This document shows, piece after piece, positions 38,201 through 45,843 of a DNA stretch of 62,853 nt; positions within the stretch are counted from its first letter, which is position 1, and each line of letters begins with the position of its first letter. The notes under the pieces are model-generated. The model was not told the DNA's origin, ran no database searches, and saw only the letters and a program-made list of their open reading frames with translations. The position numbers were made by a program, and so were the translations under genes. This stretch comes from a virus, in IMG/VR virus record IMGVR_UViG_3300037419_001387; one strand, written 5' to 3'.

Positions 38201-41200
38201 GACATCACGCCGGCGATGCGCGAGAAGGCGGCCGAAGGCATGCCGATGTTCCGCCGCGGCGGCTTCGGCGCTGGCAATGCCGACGTCGCGCGCGTGCAGG
38301 CGATCACCGACCGCATCGCTGCGAAGTGGACGAACGGCCCGAAGATCGAAGTCGTTCCGACTCACCACGATCTTCCCGGCGAGCATCCGCGCAACACCTC
38401 GGGCCTCTACATGAACGGCAAGGCCTACCTTGTCGCCGATCGCCTGGGCAGCAAGGCGGCAGTGGAGAACGCCGTCGGCCGCGTCGTCGCGCACGAGGTC
38501 ATCGCGCATCACGGGCTGCGCGAATTGCTCGGTCGCGAGGACTGGTACAAGCTGATGGGCAACATCAACCGAGCGATCGAGCAGGGCAACGTCCCCTTGT
38601 CGAAGATTCGCGACGAGGTGCGGCGCCTGTACGTCGATCGCAACGGCCGCTACATGCTGACCGATGCACGCGAGGCCGACGAGATTGCGGCGCGCGCCGT
38701 CGAACAGGCCGTCGATGAGAACGGCAACTTCCGCCCCGGCTTCGGATTCTTCAAGGCGGTGTTCGCCAAGATTGCGCAGTTCCTGCGCGACCACGGCATC
38801 AACATCACGTTCACCAACTCCGAGCTGCAAGGCATGCTGGTGCTCGCGCAGCGCCACCTCGAAGCAGGTGAGCGCACCGCCGGCCGCGGCCAGATGGCGA
38901 TCGCCGCAGCAGACCGCGGCGTGGAGTCGCGAGACATCCGCGAGGAAGGCCTGCCGCGCGACATCCCGCACCTTGCGTCAACGCACATCCTCGACAAGCT
39001 CAAGGAGCACCCCGACTACAAGGCAGCGAAGGCCGGCGACATCGGTGCGGCCGTGAACGTGGTACGCGACGTCGTGACGCCAGAGAACCTGCAAGTGGCC
39101 CGCGAGAAGTTCGGCAAGGACTCGATCTTCGTCGCGCCGATGGCCGAAGAGGCGAGCGGCAAGAACGCGCTGCCGCAGGCACTCGCAGCCCTGTACGCCA
39201 GCGAAACCGGCGGCAGCGTCGACCGCGACATCGTGCAGACCAACAAGGCCTTCCACACCGGAGCGAACGCGATGCAGCGAATGATCGCGCGGCCGCTGTT
39301 CGATGGCCCGGTGAAGCCCGGCGGCAAGTACGTGATCGTCGACGACGTCACCACCATGGGCGGCACGCTGGCCGAGCTTGCCGACCACATCCGCGCCGCA
39401 GGCGGCGACGTTGTAGGCACGGCTGTCATTGCAAATGTGGGCCGTGAAAGTACAATGGACGCACGCCCCCAGGACGTACGCAAGATCAAGGACCGCTACG
39501 GTGACCAAGTCCGCCAACTCTTCCACGCAGAGCCTGCAGCCCTCACGGCCGCAGAGGCGCGGTACGTCCTCGGCCACCGAAACGCTGACGAGCTCGCAAA
39601 TCGCGCAGCTTCGGCAAGCGAAGAGCGCGCAGCTCGACTTCGCTCTAAAGGCCTTCAGCAAGAAGGCGTAGGCGACGACTTCAGCGCGCCCGGCGGCGCG
39701 CAATCCCGAACCGCAGAAGCCACGCCCGAAGAAGGCGACAAGTCATCGTCGCTGCCGGGACACTCCCTCATCGTTCGCGCTGCGGACCTGACGCACGGGC
39801 TGCTGCGCGAAGGCAAGATGTTCGCCACGCCGATGAACGCCGGATCGCCAAAGGCGCGAGCCGTTGCCCAGGAGTTCGCCAACAGCATGCGCGTCGCACG
39901 CGACCAGTGGCAGCGCATGGATCGCGTGCTCACGAAGGAATTCAGCGACGAGGACCGCAAGCGAATGTGGGAAGCCGCGGACGCCGAGAACGTCGAGCGC
40001 ATGCGTGCATCGGAGGATCCCGAGTACAAACGGCCCGCGAACGTCGGCCTCGACTCGCTCAGCCCGAAGGAGCGCGCGGCGGTCGAGCGGCTGCACGAGT
40101 ACGGAGAGGAGCTGCTGCAGCGCGCGCGCGACGTCGGCATGTTCAAGGGCGAAGGCCTGCCTTATTGGGCGCCACGCATGGCCGTGATGATTGGCGAGGA
40201 TGGCGAGCTCGGAAGGATCCCGAGCGACTTCCAGCATGCCACCAGCGAGAAAAGCGGCCGCAACGTCACGACGACGTCGTCGAACCTGAAGCAGCGCAAG
40301 TACCTCACTGCGGCCGAGACGGAAGCGGCCGCCTCGGAACTGGCCAAGTCCAAGGGCGGCGCCGGCGCACAGCTGGTGCGCGACATCCGCACGATGCCGC
40401 TGGCCATGGCACGGCTCGAACGCGCGATCGCCGGCCGCGAACTAATCAACCAGATCAAGGAAATCGGGCTGGCCACCGGCGAGGCGACCACCTCCTCGAA
40501 GGAAGGCCCGGGCTTCTTCACGCTGGACCATCCCGCCTTCAAGGAATACCGCTTCCGGCCCGACATCAAGATGACCGAGGCGCGCGACAAGCACTTGTGG
40601 GAAGGCTTGCAGAAATTCGCCGAGCAGATCGGTGTCACGCACGAACGCATCGAGAAGCTGCGCGGCCGCACCTGGGGCTACGCCACCAACGACGGCCACG
40701 TCGTCACGCGCTTCGGCGGTCCGGAGACGGTGCTCACGCACGAGCTCGGCCATCAGCTCGACTTCAAGTACGGCCTGGCCGACATGCTCACGCGCAAGGG
40801 CGCCACTGCAAAGGAGCTGCGCGCGCTGGCGGACCTGCGTTACGAAGGCATCGAGACGAGCGACTACTTCAAGAAGTACGTGCGCCGCGGCACCGAGAAG
40901 ATCGCGAACATGGTGCACGCCTACGTGCACATGCCAGAACGCTTCAAGGAGGTGGCGCCGCAGACGTACAAGGCCTTCGAGCAGTTCCTCGACGCGCATC
41001 CCGAGCTCGCCGGCCTGCGCAAGATCAAGCCGTCGCTGGTTCTCAACTCCGACGCGATCAAAAAGCGCCCGCCCGGCGAAGACTTCGACGTGCTGCCGCT
41101 TTACATCAGCAAGGACTTCGAAGGCCCGTTGAAGGCGGTGCTGTCGAACCAGGATGGCGAGTGGTACAAGGCCTACATGCTCCTGAAGAGCAAGGCGATG

Positions 41201-42766
41201 AGCTCGATCATGTTCTCGCCGCTGATCCACAACATGGTGATTTGGGGCCGCGCGCTGGCCTACTCACCGTCGAAGGTCGGATCCACCTACCTTTACTGGA
41301 AGGGCTCGTCGCTCGAGCACGATCCGCAGTTCGTGCGCGGCGCGATCAAGGACGGCGTCGTTCCGATCGGCTACAACCGCACGACGGCCATGGATGCCGT
41401 CGACCTCGCGGGCAAGGTCGAGAAGATGGGCGCGTGGGGCGACCCGAACGAAAGCTGGGTAAACCTGTCGCTGCAAAAGGCCGGCAACTGGATCAAGGCG
41501 GGCCTCGGTGACAAGACGAAGGCGGGCATGGACGCCGCCGGCGACTTCTGGCACCACACGCTGCTGTGGAAGCAGATCCAGAACCTGCAATGGGGCATCT
41601 ACGCCGACGCGAAGCAGCACTACATGGCCAAGGGCATGAGCGAACCGGCCGCTGGCGCGCTGGCTGCGCACTTTGCCAACCGCTACGCCGGCGTGGTGGC
41701 GCAGGAGAACCAAGGCGAGCTCGCGCGCAAGGCGATGAATATCCTGCTGTTCTCGCGCAGCTTCAACATCACGAACGTCGGTGTGTGGCACGACATGCTC
41801 TTCGGCTTGCCCGCGGGCCTGAAGGCGCAGTTGTATGAGAAGGCGCCGAAGGATGAGGCCGATCGCGCCGTGTGGGCCGCGCGCCGCAAGGCGGCATCGG
41901 CACTCGTGCTCGATGCGGCATTCGCGATCATGGCCACCTCGCTCGTCCAGGATCTGGTCGACAAGCTGCGCGGCACCGACGACGAGGAAGCCAAGAAGGG
42001 CTACATCGATCGGCTGCGCGACATGGCCGAGGGCATCCACGATCGGCCGCTCGACCTCGACAGCTACAACCCCTATCGGTTGTCCTCGACGTGGCGCAAC
42101 GAGCCGGGCAAGAAGGACCGCGTCGACTTCGGCGCCGACGTGGGCGGGCGCCACCAGTACATGCGCCTGCCCACCGGCAAGGCGATCGAGGACATCATGA
42201 ACTGGGCGCTGCACCCGGGCGAAACCTTCAGCGCCAAGATGGCGCCGATGCCCAAGGCCGCATGGCAGGTGCTCCAGAACGACAAGGGCTTCGGCGTGCC
42301 GGTGCGAGATCCCAACGGCAGCTTCTACAAGGCGGTGTGGGAGTCGACAGCGCACGTGCTCAAGGCGCAGATGCCTTCGGACGCGATCAAGCAGGCATGG
42401 GACGTCACGCACGGCTTTGGCGAGGACATCGACAAGAAGAAGCTCGCGGGCAACGTCACCGGCTTTACCTTCAGCCAGGGCCATCCGGGCGGCCCCGAGG
42501 CCGAGGTGGCGGCGAAGGCCAACGAGCGCTTCGAGGCATCGAAGAAATACACAATGCAACTCGTCAAGGACGACCTGAAGCACGGCGACGAAGACATGGC
42601 GATCCAGCGAATGCAGGACATCGGGATGTCGAACAGCGAGATCCGCATGGCACTGCGCCGCGCCGAGACGCCCAGCTCAGGCCTGTCGGCGAAGGCGCGC
42701 AAGAACTTCGAACAGCGCGCCAACGACGCCGAGCGCCGCGAAATGGAGCTCCAGCAGAACCGGTAG
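32267..42766 (+). CDS. Giant 3499-aa multidomain (polyvalent) virion-module protein: ParB-like nuclease domain, two HExxH segments, a phosphoribosyltransferase-like domain and hydrophobic segments
   Basis: A single uninterrupted ORF. Motifs seen: LKPTQAEF...GYILDGHHQWMAAKEGG (about 34520-34670), SSHWDEDNVLAHIRL...LFVEELQSDWAQ (about 37170-37280), VVAHEVIAHHG (about 38490), KYVIVDDVTTMGGTLAEL (about 39330) and LTHELGHQLD (about 40740). The N-terminal segment is Gly-rich and hydrophobic. Confidence 0.85.
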   Translation: MPKTFSFEEALAPAAKASEVDTIRAGVAGPLGATNEQIDREAAATRENLQTVTDPEDRQNLQEHLDDLARHRALPQPGEARETFSFEEATRPPAKQPLPADVTPSSAGAGRGSVNPPLASQPQPQPEAPPPQPDFSNASGAGDAAAITAQPTTDKVGSVLERVPPESVGASYMDPQPMGQLDPNAPVHIPGAQVSPDLATAMTQARANRLRAEAPAPTVGNVASGIRDSVALSALRTVQGLRMEYADATGDKQTADEAKRFIDLSNKWEQQGTPAFDSKAAELAYGGTTGLAKSAPGIALGVLNPAIGAAFFGGQTQAEAYGKYRARGGTPLEASAGGVLEGAITAGTGYLPLSFMADKLGKAGMGQFIAGLVARDVPAMTAQGIATDLVDTAIANPKKTWGDFLAEQPEHIAQSLASAAVFSIAGAAGHGAVRAGSAIADRTGSPSRQFGRALDQDVQGAQFAPAEGVAAGEAGFTPNPNLAAAQPDAAAPAAPAAAPPPGPNDTSMAAAQNDIASQLAAIRPLQDRAKALRDAGEQAVADELDRRAATQSADIELQAHPDAGPDFEAAYRSLRANGAKPAEASARAGMLGAFAQHAQQAGITPRAIEAATEQAGKLPLARVPQFLDTYVSALNSAGMGKPIEPQQIENASRDAGEQAMGRAIDALYPQARVEEPAGEASIQKRPAAEQAASPQEAGTASRPGLERFPPESGSLGIPREQLPQIRSEDHGALVNFLNAREIPHEIHMLPPEDLKPTQAEFSPQKVRDMAGVESDRSVIASSDGYILDGHHQWMAAKEGGQPVKTIVLDAPIRTLIEHAKEFPSARKETDQTQAAQAIAPDQGAARGGEAAGADARATGAGADGGEGAASVELLGRDYGSLDGGAKPFSSSKEAQDARKLTPHLRVVRVEGGFALAPKSAAQLAAEERSAQRLSLPKTSEKGTPIPAHAFIAAEGGLRRGEMADTGFDRNVRVGNRTLFAAQGKGMTIEQATERLIEAGYLHPGALHNDAYELIRKSVKVPQYNAEGLHRIAQAEHAARFEDYLRAEREHEDSLVPLDERDAEGIVDKLTPEQEDEMRALVAAADAAGVDTEAILEDAARKTENGTAHDYFQEARGTLEAAARPVGEGTARGEGARAGRNAAEPGSAERSGSVPGEQGAPRSDRTGEKDGLSWQVRDTGTLAVHGDPAKIKEVLKGIPERSFMVMDGGFMIGRTQADKALKILEGQPEESKAKPLSVGTTPGDVEPVSVKNGIVHIGKHEAIDFDSGEPVKVKDGASDAEIRKALKDAGALSKRQKFFYGGQNREMSEGLTVSFDGKTYPVASIEDAQAKWNQFRAAASREGGGVRDVGNGVVVKNASGKELGRISYNGRFHPAQPSADLLGETPNASQQAAANIRGEKAEQEQRQQQQAPTPGEFRLTGSNRPADEAATRGQRDLLSGDDFDASMHSRAFYSDLERNLGSIDARAMPADGWANRIKGLVNAGKVKADEVEWSGLSDWLKLQDGKVTKDQVMQFLNDNGVQIHEVVKDDQQHPDETGEDQRRRELEDMSDEQFADEVYDELGIEWEHGTDRDDYIDDIIREQEQAFDAHDGAGEQSKTKYGKYTLPGGGNYREVLLTLPVKRSTDGSAPPRYRSSHWDEDNVLAHIRLNDRTDAEGKKVLFVEELQSDWAQAARKHGFAEESPNMEGWSAKLWDNGAVYEVSDANGRFVTNVTRSDMPMTGGFTPENAIGVAQQRLVHDPMATARQGKVPAAPFVGKTDAWLSLALKRIVKMAADEGYDRVAFVNGEQSADRYDLSKQISRVRFEDNHALGVGRADLEGPHTSGNLFAYDLDGKQVIDKRVNDAAKELPDLIGKEAAAKLLEQPGRSERTGGGNESRVKELKGLDLKVGGEGMKSFYDKIVPAVAKDVLKKLGGGSLHDIDLSQPRFVVTRDRNGRTWGYEDEAGAGESGFATKEEATAAATRDNAANNGDAGKQIGFDITPAMREKAAEGMPMFRRGGFGAGNADVARVQAITDRIAAKWTNGPKIEVVPTHHDLPGEHPRNTSGLYMNGKAYLVADRLGSKAAVENAVGRVVAHEVIAHHGLRELLGREDWYKLMGNINRAIEQGNVPLSKIRDEVRRLYVDRNGRYMLTDAREADEIAARAVEQAVDENGNFRPGFGFFKAVFAKIAQFLRDHGINITFTNSELQGMLVLAQRHLEAGERTAGRGQMAIAAADRGVESRDIREEGLPRDIPHLASTHILDKLKEHPDYKAAKAGDIGAAVNVVRDVVTPENLQVAREKFGKDSIFVAPMAEEASGKNALPQALAALYASETGGSVDRDIVQTNKAFHTGANAMQRMIARPLFDGPVKPGGKYVIVDDVTTMGGTLAELADHIRAAGGDVVGTAVIANVGRESTMDARPQDVRKIKDRYGDQVRQLFHAEPAALTAAEARYVLGHRNADELANRAASASEERAARLRSKGLQQEGVGDDFSAPGGAQSRTAEATPEEGDKSSSLPGHSLIVRAADLTHGLLREGKMFATPMNAGSPKARAVAQEFANSMRVARDQWQRMDRVLTKEFSDEDRKRMWEAADAENVERMRASEDPEYKRPANVGLDSLSPKERAAVERLHEYGEELLQRARDVGMFKGEGLPYWAPRMAVMIGEDGELGRIPSDFQHATSEKSGRNVTTTSSNLKQRKYLTAAETEAAASELAKSKGGAGAQLVRDIRTMPLAMARLERAIAGRELINQIKEIGLATGEATTSSKEGPGFFTLDHPAFKEYRFRPDIKMTEARDKHLWEGLQKFAEQIGVTHERIEKLRGRTWGYATNDGHVVTRFGGPETVLTHELGHQLDFKYGLADMLTRKGATAKELRALADLRYEGIETSDYFKKYVRRGTEKIANMVHAYVHMPERFKEVAPQTYKAFEQFLDAHPELAGLRKIKPSLVLNSDAIKKRPPGEDFDVLPLYISKDFEGPLKAVLSNQDGEWYKAYMLLKSKAMSSIMFSPLIHNMVIWGRALAYSPSKVGSTYLYWKGSSLEHDPQFVRGAIKDGVVPIGYNRTTAMDAVDLAGKVEKMGAWGDPNESWVNLSLQKAGNWIKAGLGDKTKAGMDAAGDFWHHTLLWKQIQNLQWGIYADAKQHYMAKGMSEPAAGALAAHFANRYAGVVAQENQGELARKAMNILLFSRSFNITNVGVWHDMLFGLPAGLKAQLYEKAPKDEADRAVWAARRKAASALVLDAAFAIMATSLVQDLVDKLRGTDDEEAKKGYIDRLRDMAEGIHDRPLDLDSYNPYRLSSTWRNEPGKKDRVDFGADVGGRHQYMRLPTGKAIEDIMNWALHPGETFSAKMAPMPKAAWQVLQNDKGFGVPVRDPNGSFYKAVWESTAHVLKAQMPSDAIKQAWDVTHGFGEDIDKKKLAGNVTGFTFSQGHPGGPEAEVAAKANERFEASKKYTMQLVKDDLKHGDEDMAIQRMQDIGMSNSEIRMALRRAETPSSGLSAKARKNFEQRANDAERREMELQQNR

Positions 42767-42790
42767 AAAAGAGAAATGGCTGGCCCGCGG

Positions 42791-43099
42791 CTACTCGCTG
42801 CGGCCCGGTCCAGTCTCGAACTCGGAGGGGCACGTCATCGACGCGCTGCGCAACTCCGTGTCGCGCCAGACATAGCAGTGCTGCGTGTCCGTCAGCCCAT
42901 GGGGCAGCGCGATGGGCACCTCGATCACGATCAACTCGCCGGCGCTGGTCGCGTGGTGCGTCACCTTCGGCGACTGCGCAGCGAACTCTTGCGAGCGCTG
43001 CACGCGATCGGCCATGCGTTCTTTCGGTGCGAGCGCGTCGGCACGTTCACAGCCGGCAAGCAGCGCGAGCATCACGATGATCAGGATCCGGAGCAGCAC
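42791..43099 (-). CDS. Lipoprotein, att-proximal cargo gene
   Basis: MLLRILIIVMLALLAGC carries a lipobox. It is convergent with the giant gene. Confidence 0.6.
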   Translation of the reverse strand: MLLRILIIVMLALLAGCERADALAPKERMADRVQRSQEFAAQSPKVTHHATSAGELIVIEVPIALPHGLTDTQHCYVWRDTELRSASMTCPSEFETGPGRSE

Positions 43100-43108
43100 G
43101 GGCGCACC

Positions 43109-43318
43109 TTAACTCTCGCCATCGGCGCAGGGAAGGGGCTCGAATGCCCGGCAACCTTCGTCGGGATCGATGAACAAGAACCTGCCTCGTTCGGCGCAAG
43201 TGACCGTGTTGTTCATCACCGCGGACGTGACAGGTTGAGTGCCCAGGCCGAGGAAATGCTTGCAGCTCCAACAAGGCGTCGGTTCGTCGCCGGGGTAGAA
43301 GACAGTCGGGTTGCCCAT
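43109..43318 (-). CDS. Small Cys-rich protein, att-proximal cargo gene
   Basis: 69 aa. Contains CWSCKHF...TCAERG...GCRAFEPLPC, with AGGGAA upstream. Confidence 0.5.
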   Translation of the reverse strand: MGNPTVFYPGDEPTPCWSCKHFLGLGTQPVTSAVMNNTVTCAERGRFLFIDPDEGCRAFEPLPCADGES

Positions 43319-43374
43319 TTCCCTGCGCTTTCCCCGAGTTTCACGTGGAACCTCGATTTCCCCTCTGTAGGCTC

Positions 43375-43399
43375 TGGCCTGCCCGGAGGGAATCGAACC
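43375..43399 (-). other. tRNA 3'-end-like segment: candidate attP core
   Basis: The minus strand reads GGTTCGATTCCCTCCGGGCAGGCCA (T-loop, T-stem 3' strand, acceptor 3' strand, discriminator, CCA). It lies 43 nt beyond the integrase stop. No matching 5' acceptor strand is nearby. Confidence 0.5.
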
Positions 43400-43441
43400 G
43401 TCGGTAGGGCATTGCTCGGTGTTGCTACGTCTGTCGAGCGT

Positions 43442-44629
43442 CTAACCGCCTGTCTTGGCCTTGCTGGGGATGGCGTTCGTTTCCCCGAAATTCTCCCCGG
43501 CAAGGAAGGCCTCCAGCTTCGCCATTTCCACCGCATTCTGTCCGCCGTCGATCCAGCGCGAATAGGTGCGCAGGAACTGCTCGACGCTGTGGCCCATCTG
43601 CTTCGCGGCCCAGGCTGGCGTCGCGCCGGCCATGAGCATCATCGTCGCGTAGGTGTGCCGCGTCTCGTAAGGGCTGCGGTAGCGGATTCCGAGTCGCTTG
43701 AGGCATGGCCGCCAATACAGTTCGCGCGGCGGCTCGTCGTCGGTCCAGCGCTCGCCGGTGCGCGGGTCAGGAAATATCCAGCCTTCGGGCCTCATGAACG
43801 TCGAAGGCTTCTGCGCCTTCAGAAGATCGAGCGCCCGAGGGTTGAGCTGCACGTGCCGGGCGCGGTTAGTCTTGGTGCTCGCCTTGTGCTCGCCGAGCAC
43901 GATTCCCTCGCCGATCGCGATGGTGTGTCGTCGCCAGTCGACCATCGGCCAGCGCAGCGCGAGCGATTCCGACGTGCGCGCGCCGGTGTAGAACTTCACG
44001 CCGAAATATCGCGCGATCTGCTCGTTGTAGTGCTTGGCCAAGCCCGCGATGATTGCCTCGGCCTCATCGCGATCGAACGGGTCCGGCTCGGGCTGCTGGT
44101 GCGCGAACGAATCGATGCCAGCAGTCGGGTCGATCAGCATTACGCCATCAGCGATGGCCAGTTCGATTGCGCTGCGCAGCACACTCATCTTGTTGTTGCG
44201 CGTCTTGCCAGTCCAGTCCTTCTCGCCGGCCAGCGCGGTGAGGATGTCGCTGCGCACCAGCGCGCGAGCCGGGCGCGAGCCGATCTTGTCCTTCCACCAA
44301 TCGCGCGCGACACGGTAGCCCTTCAGTGTCGACGGGGCCTTGCCGACGAGCGAGTCGTACCAGACGTCCAGCCGATCGCCCATCGATACGCCGGCAGCCG
44401 TCGTCGCATTCTTCGAAGCGGGGAAATAGTCGGCGTAGACGAAAGTGCCGAACCGGATCTTGTCGCGAATCTCGGCAGCGATACGCGCCGCATACCGAAG
44501 GTTCGCCGGAGTTGGCCCCATCGGCTTGCCGTCGGTCTTGAGCGTTTCCTTGCGGTGCTCGCCCTCGAAGGTGAAGTGAATGCGGATCGAGTTCGCCCGC
44601 GCCTCTACGCCACCCCGGTCTTCGCCCAT
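43442..44629 (-). CDS. int: Tyrosine integrase (lambda-type with an arm-binding N-domain)
   Basis: GVEARANSIRIHFTFEGEHRKETL is arm-type. Catalytic motifs include ARTSESLALRW, YETRHTYATMML and GHSVEQFLRTYSRW. The start was trimmed to MGEDRGG. Confidence 0.85.
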   Translation of the reverse strand: MGEDRGGVEARANSIRIHFTFEGEHRKETLKTDGKPMGPTPANLRYAARIAAEIRDKIRFGTFVYADYFPASKNATTAAGVSMGDRLDVWYDSLVGKAPSTLKGYRVARDWWKDKIGSRPARALVRSDILTALAGEKDWTGKTRNNKMSVLRSAIELAIADGVMLIDPTAGIDSFAHQQPEPDPFDRDEAEAIIAGLAKHYNEQIARYFGVKFYTGARTSESLALRWPMVDWRRHTIAIGEGIVLGEHKASTKTNRARHVQLNPRALDLLKAQKPSTFMRPEGWIFPDPRTGERWTDDEPPRELYWRPCLKRLGIRYRSPYETRHTYATMMLMAGATPAWAAKQMGHSVEQFLRTYSRWIDGGQNAVEMAKLEAFLAGENFGETNAIPSKAKTGG

Positions 44630-44847
44630 GTCTCGTAACCCTCCAGGTCCATCAATATCTCGCCGCCACGACGGACGTATTGCCGGCCTTCCAGCCACAC
44701 GCCCCGGCTCATCTTCGTTCGCACGGCATTATCGGTGTAGCCGGTCAGGGCGCAGAAAAGCTCAATGCGGACGTACCGGGACGGCTGCACTTGCATGACA
44801 GCGCGGCCGTCGTTTGCGGCGTCCGTGGGTCGTTGAAGGGCGCTCAT
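44605..44847 (-). CDS. xis: Excisionase-like protein
   Basis: 80 aa, immediately upstream of int and overlapping it. Contains RIELFCALTGYTDNAVRTKMSRGVWLEGRQY...LEGYETW. Confidence 0.6.
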   Translation of the reverse strand: MSALQRPTDAANDGRAVMQVQPSRYVRIELFCALTGYTDNAVRTKMSRGVWLEGRQYVRRGGEILMDLEGYETWAKTGVA

Positions 44848-45056
44848 GGTGATACTGCTTCGCGCTCGAACGGCGCGACTTCATGGGGTCGAGGGTGCGG
44901 ATGGAATGCGACTTCGCGCCACTGGGGCTTTCCGCTGCCAGGCTGCTCCAGCCAGTCGCGATTCGGGCAGGCCTCGTCGCCGAAGCGATGCATGCCGCGG
45001 CGGATCCCGCAGCAGCACAGCGCCGTTAGGTCGACGTGACGCGCCGGCGTGCTCAT
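44844..45056 (-). CDS. Small Cys-containing protein
   Basis: ATGA overlap with xis. 70 aa. Confidence 0.45.
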   Translation of the reverse strand: MSTPARHVDLTALCCCGIRRGMHRFGDEACPNRDWLEQPGSGKPQWREVAFHPHPRPHEVAPFEREAVSP

Positions 45057-45142
45057 GGCCGTTCGGCTCCATCCATCTGGGGCTCACCGCCAAACGTCTC
45101 ACCGTCACGGCCCACCACGCCACGAGTACCTTGCTGAGTCAT
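45053..45142 (-). CDS. Hand-called 29-aa micro-ORF bridging two genes
   Basis: MTQQGTRGVVGRDGETFGGEPQMDGAERP, with ATGA overlaps at both ends. Confidence 0.25.
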   Translation of the reverse strand: MTQQGTRGVVGRDGETFGGEPQMDGAERP

Positions 45143-45360
45143 GCCATGTCCTCATCGAAGGTGCAGCGGTGTTCCTGCTGGAACCCGCATTTGCTGCACT
45201 CGGAAACGTCGCGCTCCTCAGCTTGATTGCAGCAATCCACGACGCGCATGAAACCGCACGGCCCATTCACAGCCGGGTTCTCGCGGTGACACTTGCGCGG
45301 ATCGTAGTAGGCGTGCAGCGAGCGGCCGCCCACGATGCGCGGGGTGTGGCTGATCTTCAT
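45139..45360 (-). CDS. Small Cys-rich protein
   Basis: 73 aa. Contains CHRENPAVNGPCGF...DCCNQ...CSKCGF...HRC. Confidence 0.5.
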   Translation of the reverse strand: MKISHTPRIVGGRSLHAYYDPRKCHRENPAVNGPCGFMRVVDCCNQAEERDVSECSKCGFQQEHRCTFDEDMA

Positions 45361-45363
45361 TTG

Positions 45364-45645
45364 CTATGCTGCCTCCAAGGTCGGTGCGGGTTTCCGCAGC
45401 AGCGTTTCGTCTACAGCGTCATCGCCGGGGTCGCACTCGGCATACGCGAGTCCTAAACGCACACGGCGCAGCATGTCGCGCAGCATGGCCTCGTCGGCTT
45501 CGTGAAGCTCGGCGCAGGGTTGCTCGATCAGGTTGAGAAGGTCTGTTTCGACCCCCTTGAGCACTCCGATGGGATCGGCGGCGGTGCCGAGCGCAACGCG
45601 CACAGCCGGGGTTTCGCGAACGACGATAGGCAGGGCATTCGGCAT
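45364..45645 (-). CDS. Hypothetical protein
   Basis: AGGAGA RBS. MPNALPIVVRETPAV... The track ORF is extended upstream. Confidence 0.5.
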   Translation of the reverse strand: MPNALPIVVRETPAVRVALGTAADPIGVLKGVETDLLNLIEQPCAELHEADEAMLRDMLRRVRLGLAYAECDPGDDAVDETLLRKPAPTLEAA

Positions 45646-45646
45646 G

Positions 45647-45841
45647 TCATTTCTCCTGGTTGTTACGTTGCACGCCAGCAGCGTTCCACAGGTGGTCGAG
45701 CAACATGCACAACTCGCCCTCGAGGTTGTCCTTGGCGTTGTTTGCAGGGCTTGCACAGAACCAGCGGTCGGGCATCGTGACCGCATAGCTGCCATCGCTA
45801 TCGCGACGCAGGATGACCCCATGAATCGAGCGAACGTCCAT
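45647..45841 (-). CDS. Hypothetical small protein (weak HicB/UPF0150-like impression)
   Basis: Contains MDVRSIHGVILRRDSDGSYAVTMPDRWF. Confidence 0.4.
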   Translation of the reverse strand: MDVRSIHGVILRRDSDGSYAVTMPDRWFCASPANNAKDNLEGELCMLLDHLWNAAGVQRNNQEK

Positions 45842-45843
45842 AG

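Noticed and set aside
32267-42766. The 3499-aa length matches the N4 virion RNA polymerase (about 3500 aa), and the capsid recalls the N4 gp56 type, so an N4-like vRNAP was considered.
   Set aside because: I found ParB-like, PRTase-like and HExxH motifs instead of anything resembling a T7-like RNAP core. The rest of the genome is lambdoid and temperate with an integrase, unlike N4-like phages. A profile search would settle this.
43375-43441. A full tRNA gene on the minus strand next to the integrase
   Set aside because: Only the T arm, acceptor 3' strand and CCA are present. No complementary 5' acceptor strand or D/anticodon arms could be folded. It is interpreted as an attP core instead.
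42776-44638. 620-aa plus-strand ORF spanning the cargo genes, attP and integrase region
   Set aside because: It is antisense to a clear tyrosine integrase and two RBS-bearing minus-strand genes, and its composition is shadow-like.
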